NCBI GenBank assembly: GCA_013265495.1
Contig: MU058213.1
Location: forward strand, 7,022,066 to 7,086,065
Source of the DNA: Vicugna vicugna
Lineage: Eukaryota
Direction: 5' to 3'
DNA: 64,000 nt
The notes under the pieces are model-generated. The model saw only the letters and a program-made list of their open reading frames with translations, did not search any database and had not been told where the DNA came from. Below are positions 1-12,322 of the stretch, one piece after another (position 1 is the first letter of the stretch; each line of letters opens with the position of its first letter). A program made the translations under genes and the position numbers.

Positions 1-192
1 GTTAGTATCTGCAAGTCTTGAACTCCCAGTTTATTCCTCCCCACCCCCTTCCCCCTGGTAACGATGTCTGTGTCTCTATGTCTGTGAGTCTGTTTCTGTT
101 TTGTAAAATAAGTTAGTTCATTTGCATCTTTTTTTTAGATTCCACATACAAGTGATGTCACATGGTATTTTTCTTTCTCTTTCTGGCTTACT
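1..192 (-). mobile_element. L1 3' UTR fragment (cetartiodactyl/camelid type), cut by window edge
   Basis: Reverse complement matches the L1 3' UTR seen on + at 56340-56510 (gggaagggataaactgggagttcgagatttgcagatactaac). Confidence 0.9.
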
Positions 193-227
193 CATGTTGT
201 GTGAACTATTAATAAAAGATTACTAGA

Positions 228-330
228 GAGGAAGGATATAGCTCAAGTGGTGGAGAGCATGCTTAGCATGCACAAGGTCCTGGGTTCAATTCCCAGTATC
301 TGCTCTAAATACATACATACATACATACAT
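228..330 (+). mobile_element. tRNA-derived SINE (camelid Vic-1 type) with (TACA)n tail
   Basis: tagctcaagtggt A-box, gcttagcatgcacaaggtcctgggttcaattccc B-box region, TACA repeat tail, short flanking actaga repeat. Confidence 0.88.
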
Positions 331-669
331 ACTAGAAACTTGATGGTGTACAAGCCAAGGATGTGCAAATAATGGTAAACAAGCCTCAGAAATCCTAATG
401 TTTTGTCCTACTTTGCTGCTTGCTAGGTGGGCAGTCACTTATTCTTTTTTGAATCTCCACTCCCCTGATTGTTCATGGTAGTAAACTCACCAGCCCTGCT
501 TCTCACTATCCATGAGGCTGGACACTTCCTTCTCCATAGCTGCTTCCTCTCTGCTGAGAAATCTGTGCCGTCACACCTCAGAGCCCTGTCTTCACCTCAA
601 CCTACAAGCTGGTTTTCCCTCTTTCCTTTCACAGCCAAATCCCTCAGAGGAATCTACATTCACAGCCAC

Positions 670-843
670 CACAGGCTCTGGGTCAGAAGTGGCCCCACCA
701 ATTCTTAGTTGTGTGACCCGGGGCAAGTCACTGCACCTCTCCACGCCTTGATTTCCTTCTGTGGAAAATGGAGCTATGAACAGTTCCCATCTCCAGATCA
801 CTGCAACGCTGAAATGGGATAACTGAGGTAAAGCACCTGAGCA
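670..843 (+). mobile_element. MIR SINE
   Basis: Core motif tgtgtgacccggggcaagtcactgcacctctc...tttccttctgtggaaaatgg. Confidence 0.8.
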
Positions 844-1067
844 TTCCCCCAACAAATATTTATCCAGCACCTGTGTCAGGAGGTACTCCCAGTACGGGAC
901 ATACAGAAGTGAACCAAAATAAACGAGTCTGCATTTCCACAAGGCCTCAGGGTCCCACCTGTGAGAGTTTTCCTGCACCTCCTCAACTCCCATGTGGGTG
1001 CTTACCCCAAGGGTCTTTCCTATCACGTAAACGGAGCACCTCTTTGCCTTAGAGCTTGATGCAACTA

Positions 1068-1309
1068 GAGTTGGCTCTTGGACAACACGAGTTTGAGCTG
1101 TGTGGGTCCACAAAGACATGGATATTTTTAGTAGCAAAGATTACAGTACCACACAGTCCACAGATGGTTGAGTCCGATGATGATGAACAGGTGGGTATGG
1201 AAGAATCTTGTAAATGGAGGACCAGGGGCCAACTATAAATTACATATGGATTCTCGACTGCCTGCAAGGTCACTGCCCCTAACCTCCCACCCTGTTCAAG
1301 GGTTAACTG
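1068..1309 (+). mobile_element. Tigger2-derived MITE (MER8-like)
   Basis: Terminal inverted repeats gagttggctcttggaca / tgttcaagggttaactg, TA on both flanks, ~240 bp. Confidence 0.85.
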
Positions 1310-1589
1310 TACTGGGGAAACTGTACAATTTAATACAAAGGTGAGGGATTTTTATAAGTCCTCTCCAAGCTTAAGCAAAGATCTAGCAAACCAAGCCCAA
1401 CACTGTCTTCTGTTCTTTGGGATGCTGGGATCCATGGTAAATGGAGATCTTCCTCAGGGATCTGGATAAGAAGCCAAGCAAATTATCGTACTTTGTATTT
1501 TAGTCTCCAGGCCACAGAATCTGCAAATCTGTTGAAAGTGAAGTCTTCCTTAACACTCTTCAGATCTGTCTGCTGATACTGACCTCTCC

Positions 1590-1722
1590 CCACTCTGTGC
1601 TATTTGACTCCCACGAGGTCGTAAGATCCTGGAGAGCAAGGTGTGTGTCTGCTTCACAACCTCCCTCTCCCAGACACTCGCCTTGACGCAGAGTAGGTCC
1701 ACAGAAATATTTATTGGAGAAC
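1590..1722 (+). mobile_element. L2 3' end fragment
   Basis: gtaagatcctggagagcaagg...gagtaggtccacagaaatatttattg resembles the L2 terminus. Confidence 0.65.
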
Positions 1723-4700
1723 AGCCACCAAGAGTGAGGCAGGGACTGGGCCCTCCAGAGGGCAGTGTATGTTGGTGGCTAGCCGTCTGCTACACTCACT
1801 ACGTTTTCCTTTGAAGCCCATCAGTGTGCTTTATAAGTAAATAGAAAATGCTAACCTTAGCATATTCAAAAGAACGTTTTAGCATGCAGCAATTAGGTTA
1901 TCTCTTGGTTATTTATTTCTTCGGCTTGTTATTAGCTCTGCACGGAATATTATTCTAATTATGTCAGCCCAATCAGCAGTATTGCATGTCCAGGCTCATT
2001 TCCATTAGTTTGAGCTTTGTCTTTCACACTGTGATACTAATTCAATGAGACATCAAACATTTAAATCGACCCGGGATGCCGAGGTCAGGCAGTTTTGCCC
2101 TTCCACTCTATTAGCACTCGGGTGTAATTGTGTTTGTCACTCCCCACATGACGGATAGTATCAGGGTGACTATCGGAGCACAAATGAGCAATGCGCTAAT
2201 ATATTATTTTGTTCTATAATATCAATATGTGTTTATTCAGTGCTTGTGCTAGCCAACTTGAAACGGTCACTTTAATCCAGCTGCATCAACTGCTCCTACT
2301 CCCAGCAAAGCACTGGTTTGGAACATTTGCTAGCCTTTCAGTGGAACTGGACCAAAGGAAGGGAAATACATATGGTCGTCGAGAAAAGGGACCATGAAGG
2401 TCTCAAAATCCAGAGCCTCGGAGTGGCATCAGTGAGGACTTGGAAGCCGCAGAATCCAAAGGTAGAATGCAACTTTCTTACCTCCTCGGTGAGCTTTGCC
2501 AAACTCTTTCATTCTCTGGTAAATAGTTTAAGAATCAAGGTACAGCCTATGGTATCTGAACAAATATAAATTTGACCTGGATTCGGGGGGATTTTCATGA
2601 CTCAGCTTTTGAAAGGGAGGAAAATGGAGGGAATTGGCAAGCGGTCAAAGTGACAGTTTGGGAAATCTGTTAGCTTGTTTTTGTTTCCATGACAGATAGA
2701 CATGTGGTAAATTTTATCCTTGGGGTCCCAATGAACCCCATTTATGCTCTTGCCATGTGATTTCCCCTTACTGTTGACAGACTTAAATGTGAATATTAGT
2801 ATAACAGTGGGTGACCCATAGTCTTTGTTTGCTATTTCATATTTTAACATCTAAAAAATAATTAGGGAAGTTGATTTGGCAGGAAGTCCGGGCCAACAGG
2901 GTGCACTACCTGACCAGGAGGCACTGTGGATCCCACGGGAATTCTATTTCTGGGTCTCATCACCTTGCCACAATCATCATAGAACAGACTTTGTTATTCT
3001 CATGGTGTAAATGAAAAACTTCAGCCTAGAAAAGTTGGTATCTAAGCACAAGACCCCACAGCGTGTCAATGACAAAGCCCAGAACCGGGTCTGGGTTTTT
3101 AGATTCCTGTATGGTCACAACCTGCTCTAAAACCCCATGTTGTCTGCCTACATCTCTAAACTGCCAGCCAGGAGTTCGAGTCACCTCTGCCCTGGTATTA
3201 TCCCTTATCCCTGCTTCAATCTTGGCTCCCTGCACGTTTCATGTAGCCTGTGCTTGGCACTCTGCCCAGGTGGACTTATCTATCTTCTCCAAATCATAAA
3301 CTTCTTAAACTAATGCTTGCCTGTGCAAAGAGATGCACTGAAAGAAAGTGAGAGGATAAATCATCCCTAACCCCTACCGACAGGTTCAATGAATTACACC
3401 GATGTATGTTAATTGAAAAATCGCTCTTTATAAATAGAGATAAACCTAAAAAGACACCATTAAGTACTTTTTAATAGCTTTTTTTAAACTCACCATTCCT
3501 TTAAATGACCCTTAGATGTATTTTTGTTCTATTGATTTTACCGTTTCAAATGCAGATGTATCTTTTCATTCACTCTGAGTAATTAGCTGCGAGTCTCCCA
3601 CTTTCTGTCTGGGTCTGTTTTGCATGCCCAAACTGCCTCCCATGTGGAGACTGTTTAAATTTAGTGCTTCCACAGTTGAAGTTACAAAGTGCTAATAACT
3701 GGTCCCACTTGAGGGGGAAATGGAACTTTTAATTTTGACACTGCAGTTTGACCAGGAAAACTGAAAGTAACCTTATAAATGAGAATTTGATGCTATTGCT
3801 AGTCAACAGTTTCTGTTCAAAGAATTGGAGGACCTTCATATGCTTTGACGATTTTTCCACAATATTTCTGCATACTGCTATCTGCATGTTGAAAGGAGCA
3901 CATTAGACGTTTGCTCTGAAAGATCAAAGTTGAGCAGAAATGTAAGTGGAACTGAGAGACCAACTCCAAGGTGAAGGCCAGCCCCCTGACATGCGTACGT
4001 GAAACCTTTGAGTTCACAGCACTTTGGAAGGTGACAGTAGCAGTAAATAAACCACTGGACTAGGTCAAAGGTCGGATACCTTTTAAAAGGGATGTGCAGA
4101 AGAGCTGACCTCTTCCCTTCTGGTCTGCTACTCCCTTGCTGACCATGTCTTGGCAAAGTAGAAAAAGTTGAACAACCACCCGCTAATTGTCGGGTGGGAA
4201 GGGCTGCTGACCCTTGTGGCTACTGATGGTCCAACCAACCAAGTGCGTGCTGAAGAGCTCTGACTTAAGAGCCACCTTGTGTAGTGACCGGCCAGGCTCC
4301 CCTGCACCAATGTGGAGACTTGTGATGGAGAGAATAGAATTCATCAGGTCATCTTCTGACATATGTCTGATGACGTGGAAAGTACTAGTAGCATAAAATA
4401 ACACACCAAAAGAAAGGCAGAAAGGCTAATAGATCAGATACCAGAGAGGTTAGTGATCAGATCCTCCCCTTCCTTGCCCTTCTATCAAAAAGAAATCAGA
4501 AAGCAGAAATATTGGACTAGTTCCCTCATAGAGGAGAAGCTGGTACATGGAAATCTGAGCAGCCTGAGAAATAAAGGGAAGAAAAAGAGAAACCACAGTC
4601 AACATAATATGCAGAAGTAGCCATTTATTTATGCACTCTTTCCATTTATAAAAGATGTGTTTCAGCCTCTGGCTGCTTGTACATAATAATTAGTGCTAAT

Positions 4701-4899
4701 GAATATAAATGATACTCACAACTCAACCTGTTTACAGAGTCCTCCCTACCCAACCCCGCCCCCACCATATCATTCAGGGAAGAATTGAATTTGGAAATGA
4801 GATGTAAGCTGAGTTCTTGGGCTTGATGATGACCCAGAGGTTGCAGAAGCTGAGGACAATAAAATCAATTAGCAATTAAGAAAGAGCCGGACCCAAGGA

Positions 4900-5800
4900 A
4901 TTCAGTACTTCCAGTCACAGGCACTGTCATAAAGGAGGACACTACCTTTCTCCACGGATTTTTGTCCACAAGGTAACAAGTTTATTTCTGCATAACCCAG
5001 CACCTGAGAGATGCCAAGGGCACAAATTCAAGGAATAACTGTAAGATCATGAGAGGGCTCACAAAAGTAACACAGGATGTAAAAAAGATGAAAAGAATTA
5101 CACTTCCTTAGTTCATTGAGATACTCCCTTGTGAGAAGCTACAGGGCTACGTGCATTTACACGCCAAACTGAAGAAACTTCCCTGAAGCTTGCTTTTTAG
5201 TCATTCTTGATGATCTTTAACACAGAGGAGAGCCCAAAACCTAACTAACAAAAACAGAACTGGCTGCCCCAAAGTTTATTCAGAGGATAACCACTGGGCT
5301 CACAAGGGAGAGAATCTGGTTTCCAAACTCAGAGGATATCTGAAGCCAGAAACACATCAGTATGAGAAGTTAACAGCAACAGCACAAAGACAATGGCAAG
5401 AGGTCATACATAATATGATAAAGACTAAAAAAGAAAAAAAAATTGAAAATCAGAAATCAGATATAAGGTTTCTTGAAAATAAAATCCAGGGACCACTTAG
5501 TGCAAAGGAAAGCATCTTTATACAACTCAGTAAATATACCTGAGAATTTTACAGTATAAAAAAAGGGCTGGATTATAAATGAAAAGATCAGTGATGTTTG
5601 GTACCCTCTGTTTAATAAGGAATAAAAATAGTGAAACATCTTAGGAAAGATTTCCATCCTCAGTTATGTATACAAAACAAAGTTTCAGGGTTTAAAAAAG
5701 CCAGCCTCAGGTACTTGGACCACTCATTTACAGGACATCTCATTTTCCTGTGGGCACAGGAGTCAATGCTCAGTGTTCTGACATTCCTGAGAAAATATTA
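4900..5800 (+). mobile_element. Very old L1-ORF1/HAL1-like relic
   Basis: A-rich tract ending gaaagatttccatcctcagttatgtatacaaaacaaagttt, resembling the ORF1 C-terminal (FQPRILYPAKL) coding region. Confidence 0.45.
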
Positions 5801-6319
5801 TTTCCTCACCCCTAGATGCAGCTGTGGCTTCTGAGGATACTGCAATCTAGGATATTTTACAAGCTTTAAGGGCCCTGAGAGATCAACCTCAACTGCAGAA
5901 GGAACAACTGAGCCCAGGGCAGGGTGAGGTGGGAACCTTCCAAGGTCCCACAGTAACAAGGGGGTAGAGGTGGAAACAGCGACCCCTGGATCCAAGTCTC
6001 CAGCGGCTTCTATGAAGTTAAGCACCATGCACAAAGGAGTGTGCATTGGCCCCTTCAAGCTCACTTCTTCCCTGTTCATCCTTCTGAAGGCATGAGAGAA
6101 GCCAAGTTAGGTGGCAAGAAGGACATGGGGCATTTGGGTATGCGAATTACACGAGGGAGCTGAACTCATTCCATTTGCTAGATCCGATCACCAAAACCTC
6201 ACTCACCCTTGCCCTTCTCTTTCTCTAAATCTGGCTTCAAACTGGCCTCATCCAGGAAGCCTACCAGGCTAGCCTCACCTACTCCCAACCATTCATAGCA
6301 TCCCAACCTCCCATTGACT

Positions 6320-6490
6320 CACCATGTGACATTTGCCTGAGGACTCAAATCTCCGTTTCCTGGTCTAAAAATGGAGATGCTAAGACCTACTTCCTAGGAG
6401 GGTTGTGAGATTCACTGAGATAATTTGTGTAAAGGCCTAGCACAACACTGGACAAATAATAACAAAATAAAAATTAGTGCTCAGTAGGAA
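6320..6490 (+). mobile_element. MIR SINE
   Basis: ctccgtttcctggtctaaaaatggagatgctaagacctacttcctaggagggttgtgagatt...tgtaaaggcctagcaca. Confidence 0.75.
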
Positions 6491-7305
6491 AAACGAAAGC
6501 AGATCATAGCCCTTCTTATTCCAACTCTCTTCTGTTAAGACATTGGAAAGGGAAGGAAATACAAATAAAATTGGAAATGAAATTTAACTTTAAAAAAATA
6601 GTAAGTGTTCAGTTAAAGGAAGGTGTTAGTACATTATTACAATAGCAAATAAATCTCCACAGCCAAGTTGCTGGGGCCCTCCTGTGGATGACTTTAGCAC
6701 ATGACATTATATTTAGTTTTGTTACTTTGGTGCCATTTTGGTCACCCCCACCATGAGCTCCTGGAGGGCAGGGGTCATCTGTGCAGCTGTCTTTGTATAC
6801 GGGTTGAATTGAAATCCTCCCCTGTCTTCTCACTTGATTAGAATCTTCCCCAGAAGAGCGATTCTGTATGGTTTCTTATAAATATGGTTGGCCCTGACTA
6901 TGCTGAGCTGATAAACAGTAACTAACACCTTAAGGGTTGATGAGTTATTCACAAGGCAAGTTCATACACAGAAATTCATCTGATCTTTGCAGTTACCCTA
7001 GAAGGTGAGCAAGATGCTTATTATTACCCCCGTCTCAGATGAGAGGAATAAAAAGAGGCTCAGGTAGGTCTAATAACTTGCCTCTCACCATGAGCGGGAC
7101 AGCTACACTTCTGGAATCAGGAGCAACCTTGCCCAGCTTGACATTCTTTTCAACAGAGAAAGTTATATCCTCCCTTAGATAACCTTTTACACATATGACT
7201 GCTGCTGCACTGCATCCTCTCGATGAGAAGTCCCTAAACACATTTCTCCGGGATTTCAGCATCTCCCCACAACAACTTGTTTTTACCTTACTGAGCATCA
7301 ATCTA

Positions 7306-7496
7306 CCAAAGGCCAGCAAACTATGGCCAAATCTAGCCCACAGCTGATTTTCAAATGGTCTACAAGCTAAGTACTTCAAAGCGCTGTGAAAAACAAAAAC
7401 AAACAAACAAGAAAATGCACCAGAGATGTGTGTGGCCCCAAGAGTCTAACCTATCTACTTGTTGACCCATTAAAGGAAAGGTTTGCTGGTCCCTGA
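7306..7496. mobile_element. hAT-Charlie MITE, MER58 family
   Basis: Inverted ends caaaggccagcaaact / ggtttgctggtccctg, with internal tgtggccccaagagtctaa typical of MER58. Confidence 0.75.
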
Positions 7497-7858
7497 ATCA
7501 GATTGTGGTTCTCTCCTGTTTCGGCAGCCGGGCACTTGAGCCCAATCTGTGATCCTATCCTTCTCCAGCAAGAGAACAGGACTTCACAAAGTGGATGTCG
7601 GGAATCTCACTCTGATTCCCATTTTGCTCTCAAAGGAAGTAGCTGATATGACTCTTTTGATGCTGAAGAAATGAGGACCACCACTGGTAACCCTAAAACA
7701 AAAGCCATTAAACTCATCAGTTCCTCTATCACCAAGAAATAGGTGCAACAGACAACCTTGCCTCGTCCCTTACCCCATGCATCCTTGAGACTTCCTCCAA
7801 CATGATTCATTCTCCAGGGAGCTTCAAAACATCCTACCTAATGCTTTTCTTCACTAAT

Positions 7859-8003
7859 TTTTGTTTTGTTTTGTTTTGGGGAGGGGTAGGTGGGTAATCA
7901 GGTTTGTTTGTTTGTTTGTTTATTAATGGAGGTTCTGGGGACTGAACCCAGGACCTTGTGCGTGCTAAACATGCACTCTACCACTGAGCTATACCCTCCC
8001 CTC
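7859..8003 (-). mobile_element. Vic-1-type SINE, full length
   Basis: Reverse complement gggagggtatagctcagtggtagagtgcatgtttagcacgcacaaggtcctgggttcagtcccc; flanking direct repeat cttcactaat (7849-7858 / 8008-8017). Confidence 0.92.
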
Positions 8004-8335
8004 TTCCCTTCACTAATCTTTAAGCTTATTTTTAGTGTTTTATCTTGCACTGTAATAAGTGCATTTTTGAAAGTTATCGAATCCTTTCCAGAAAAAGGGT
8101 TTAAGGACTACACACTAAATAACTTCCTTAAAATGGACCATCTAGTACAGAGCAGCTTGAACACGGCTCACCTCATTCCACACCCAGGGCTTCTCCTCAC
8201 TATCCCTAAAAGTCAGAAGGTTCTACATGGAAATAACTAAGGACCAAACCCTGTTAGTTAGTGACCCTTCCCAGCTGCAACCCACTCTCCTGGAAGGCCC
8301 ATCCTGAAACAGCCTTCTGGGCTTTCTCTTAGGTA

Positions 8336-8744
8336 AGTCAGCCCTTGTAACCAAAGGTTCTGCATTTTCTCTTTCTTTTTTTAAAATTGAAGTATAATTG
8401 ATTTACAATGTCATGTTAGTTTCTGGTGTACAGCATAGTGATTCACTTATACATATATATTCTTTTTCATTATAGATTATTACAAGCTATTAAATACAGT
8501 TCCCTGTGCTGTACAGCAGGACCTTGTTTATCAAGCAACCCAAATGTCCATCAGCACATGATTGGATAAAGGTTCTGCATTTTCTGATTCAAGCAACCAT
8601 GGACTGATGCGTAGCTGCAGAACCTGTGGCTCTGGAGGTCCCCTGTACCATGCTGTTTTACATAAGGGACTTGAGCATCTGCAGATTTTGGTATCCAGGA
8701 AGGATTCCTGCAATCAATCCCCTACAGATATCGAGGGATGACTA
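8336..8744 (-). mobile_element. Tigger-family MITE (MER2-like) interrupted by an L1 insertion
   Basis: ataagggacttgagcatctgcagattttggtatcc...gagggatgact is the MER2/Tigger terminal motif; the other end is agtcagcccttg. Confidence 0.75.
8371..8567 (-). mobile_element. Short L1 3' end with 5' inversion
   Basis: T-rich tail and L1 3' UTR on - (8371-8531), then a + oriented L1 piece (aagcaacccaaatgtccatcagc); perfect 18-bp TSD aaaggttctgcattttct at 8353-8370 / 8568-8585. Confidence 0.9.
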
Positions 8745-8899
8745 CTGCCAAAGGAGGCACACACACCACTCCAGCATCCCCACCATTGTTATGGCTCCAG
8801 ACACTCACCATTCCAAATGAAGAGAAGTGGGACGACAGCCTGTTCCCAGTTATGGGCAGGGAATCACTGGCTGTGGGACCAAATGGTTGGTTTTGGCTT

Positions 8900-9080
8900 C
8901 TGCTCTCACCACCCAGCAGCTATCTGACCTTGCATCAGCCCCTTACCCACTCTGCCTCTGTCTCCTTGTCGTGAGGAACAGAGGGATCATACCTGACTTC
9001 CCCTCCTAGTGTAGTCATGAATTGCATAGGAGAGAGTGGAACACCTGGAAGCCCTGTATGACCATAAGAGATTGTTATCA
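8900..9080 (+). mobile_element. MIR SINE
   Basis: cagcagctatctgaccttgcatcagccccttacccactctgcctctgtctccttgtc core-like motif. Confidence 0.6.
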
Positions 9081-9509
9081 GAGCAAGAGCCATTCTGCAA
9101 TCAGCCTGAGATGCTGCAAGCTGGAGTAATCAGCCCTTCACCACCCCTGCCATCAGTTTAGCTGCTCTAAGAATTTGGACAAGAGGGTTTTTCCAGGGAA
9201 AGAGGTGTTATGCTTTCCCCTCCACTTCATCCCTTAACTACTTGGTCTCCAAGAGCTAAAGGGACCCCTTAGGTACAGAGAAGACAGAAGACAATGCCCA
9301 CACCCCAGAAGGCTTTAAATGACACCCCACACCTCCATGGAGAATTTCTGATTTTTTTTTAGAAGCAAGGCAAAACAACCCTCACCCATGTTGCCAACTA
9401 GATGAATCAAAATGATACTGATCCCACTCTGGCTCGAGGGAACAACCTTACACATAATCCACTTCTAATTTCCACGATTATGTCCTGCATAGGTCATATA
9501 CTCTAACAT

Positions 9510-9700
9510 ATATTTGTGTAACTAAGCCCCTGTGAACTGCATCTATTCACATGAGAACATGCCTCTCATCTGAGATGGGGGTAATAATAAGCATCTTGCT
9601 CACCTTCTAGGGTAACTGCAAGGATCAAATGAATTTCTGTGTATGAACTTGCCTTGTGAATGACTCAATACCCCTTAAAGTGTTGATTACTATTTATCAG
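9510..9700 (+). mobile_element. MIR SINE
   Basis: ctctcatctgagatgggggtaataataagcatcttgctcacc...gcaaggatcaaatga. Confidence 0.65.
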
Positions 9701-9722
9701 CTCAGTATAGTCAGGACCAACC

Positions 9723-12322
9723 TGGAGAATTCTACCAAACACATAAAGAACTTATAGTGACCATTCTCAAACTCTTCCAAAAGATTAAAGAGGAGAGAAC
9801 ACTCCCAAACTCATTCTATGAAGCCACCATCACTGATACCAAAACCAGACAAAGACACTCCCAAAAAGAAAACTACAGGCCAATATCATTGATGAACACA
9901 GATGCAAAAATTCTCAACAAAGTATTAGCAAACCGAATCGAACAATACATTAAAAAAACAAAAAACAAATACTATGATCAGGTTTCATTCATCCCAGGGT
10001 CACAAAGATAGTTCAACATATGCAAATCAATGTGATACATCCCATCAACAAAAGAAAGGACAAAAACCACATGATCATCTCAACAGATGCAAAAAGACTG
10101 ATAAAATTCAACATCCATTCATGATAAAAACTCTTAACAAAGTGGGTATAGAGGGAACATATCTCAACATAATAAAAGCTATTTATGACAAACCCACAGC
10201 CAACATAATAGTGAAAAGTTGAAAACCTTCCTGCTAAAATCTGAAATAAGAGATGGATGCCCACTCTCACCACTTCTATTCAACATAATAATTAACAGAA
10301 GTTCTAGCGACAGCAATCAGACAAAGGAAGGGAGCGAGGAAGGAAAGAAGGAAGGAAGGAAGGGAGGAAGGAAGGAAGGAAGGAGAGAAGGAAGAAAGAA
10401 CTCCAAACTGGAAGGGAAGAGGTAAAATTGCAACTATATGTAGACAACATGATACTATATATGGAAAACCCTAAAGACTCCACACAAAAGCTACTAGAAC
10501 TGATAAACAAATTCAGTAAGATAGCAGGATACAAGACTAACGTACTAACATCTGTTGCATTTCTTTACACTAACAATGAAATACCAGAAAAAGAGAGTAA
10601 AGAAACAATCCCTTTTAAAATCACATCAAAAAATTAAAATACTTAGGAATAAACCTGACCAAAGAGGTGAAAGACATATACTAAAGAACTAAAACATTGA
10701 TAAAGGAAACTGAAGATGATTTAGAGAAATGGAAAGATATCCCATGCTCTTGGATTGTAAGAATTAATACTGTTAAAATGGCTATACTATCCAAAGCAAT
10801 CTAAAGATTTAATGTGATCCCTATCAAATTACCCAGGGCATTTTTCACAGAACTAGAAAAAGTAATTCTAAAATTTATATGGAATCACAAAAGCCCCATA
10901 ACTGCCAAAGAAATACTGAGGAAAATAACATAGCTGGAGGAATAACCCTCTCAGACTTCAGACAATACTACAAAGCTACAATAATCAAAACAGTGTGCTA
11001 CTGGCACAAAAACAGCCATAAGGATCAATGGCACAGAACAGAGAGCCCAGAAATAAATCCACACACCTACAGTTAATTAATCGTTGTCAAAGGTGGTAAG
11101 AATATACAATGGAGAAAAGACAATCTCTTCAGCAAGCTGCATTGGGAAGGCTGAACAGCCACATATAAATCAATGACATTAGAACCCTCCCTCATATCAT
11201 ACACAAAAATAAACTCAAAAAGGCTTAAAGATTAAAATATAAGACAGGACACCATAAAACTCCTAGAAGAGAATATAAGCAAAACATCTTCTGACATAAA
11301 TCACAGCAATGTTTTCCTAGGTCAGTCTCCCAAGACAACAGAAATAAAAGCAAAATTAAGTGAATGGTACCTAATGAAATTTATAAGCTTTTGTACAGCA
11401 GAAGAAACTATAAAGAAAATGAAAAGACAACCTACAGACTGGGAGAAAACATGTGCAAACGATGTGACTGACAAGGGCTTAATTTCCAGAATATACAAAT
11501 AGCTCATACACCTCAATAATAATAACATTCCTGCAGGATGTCATTCTAAGTGGAGTAAACCAGAAAGAGAAAGAAAAATACCATATGAGATCGCTTATAT
11601 GTGGAATCTAAAAATAATAATAACAACAACAACAACAAACCCTAGTCACAAAATGGGCAGAAGACCAAACAGACATTTCTTCAAAGAAGACATACATATG
11701 ACAAATAAACACCCCATGTTCAACTGCATCATTATTTACAATAACCAAGAAATGGAAACAATCTAAGTGTCCACTGATGGATGAATGGATAAAGAAAATT
11801 TGATATATATAATGAAATATTTTTCACCTATAAAAAGGAAAAAACCCTTGCCATTTGTAACAACACCTTGAAGGCATTATGCTAAGTGAAATAAGTCAGA
11901 CAAAGACAAATGCTGTATGATCTTACTTATGTGTACAATCTAAAAAAACAGTTTTATTAAAAAGTGGAGTTCATGAATACAGAAAACAGATTAGTCATTA
12001 TCAGAAGCAGTGGTGACAGGTGGGAGAAATGGGAGGAGGGAGTTAAAAAGTACATACTCCTAGGTATAAAACAAGTAAGTCATGGGGATGTAATGTACAG
12101 CATGAGGACTATAGTTAATAATACTTAACTGTATATTTCAAAGTTGCTGATATAGCAAATCTTAAAAGTTCCTATCACAAGAAAAAAACTAAATATATAT
12201 AATGATGGATGTAAATTAGACTTACTGTAGTAAATATTTCACAATATATACAGATATTATGTTGTACAACTGAAACTAATATAAGGTTATTTATCAGTTA
12301 TAGCTAAATTTTTAAACCAAAA
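9723..12322 (+). mobile_element. 5'-truncated, inactivated L1 (ORF2 RT to C-terminus plus 3' UTR)
   Basis: Frameshifted ORF2 peptides: [49 protein letters not shown] (FADD motif equivalent), [16 protein letters not shown]1MA-like 3' UTR at 11720-12310. Confidence 0.97.
10325..10399 (+). repeat. (GGAA)n purine microsatellite inside L1 ORF2
   Basis: Imperfect ggaa/gaag repeats replace the A-rich segment preceding ccaaactggaagggaagagg. Confidence 0.9.

Noticed and set aside
228..305. tRNA gene calls for the tRNA-like sequences (also 7930, 19600, 39350, 45760, 52300)
   Set aside because: They have tails and TSDs and lack an intact acceptor stem; they are SINEs.
592..1137. Longest ORF (181 aa, -)
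   Set aside because: Runs across MER8-like, L2 and MIR sequence; no recognisable domain.
2482..2555. Minus-strand exon with GAG/gtaaga donor
   Set aside because: The longer form has stops in all three frames; the shorter 34-nt form is unrecognised.
9757..11528. Reverse-transcriptase-like ORFs as a functional gene or novel RT system
   Set aside because: Ordinary L1 ORF2 with many frameshifts and stops; FADD motif degenerate.
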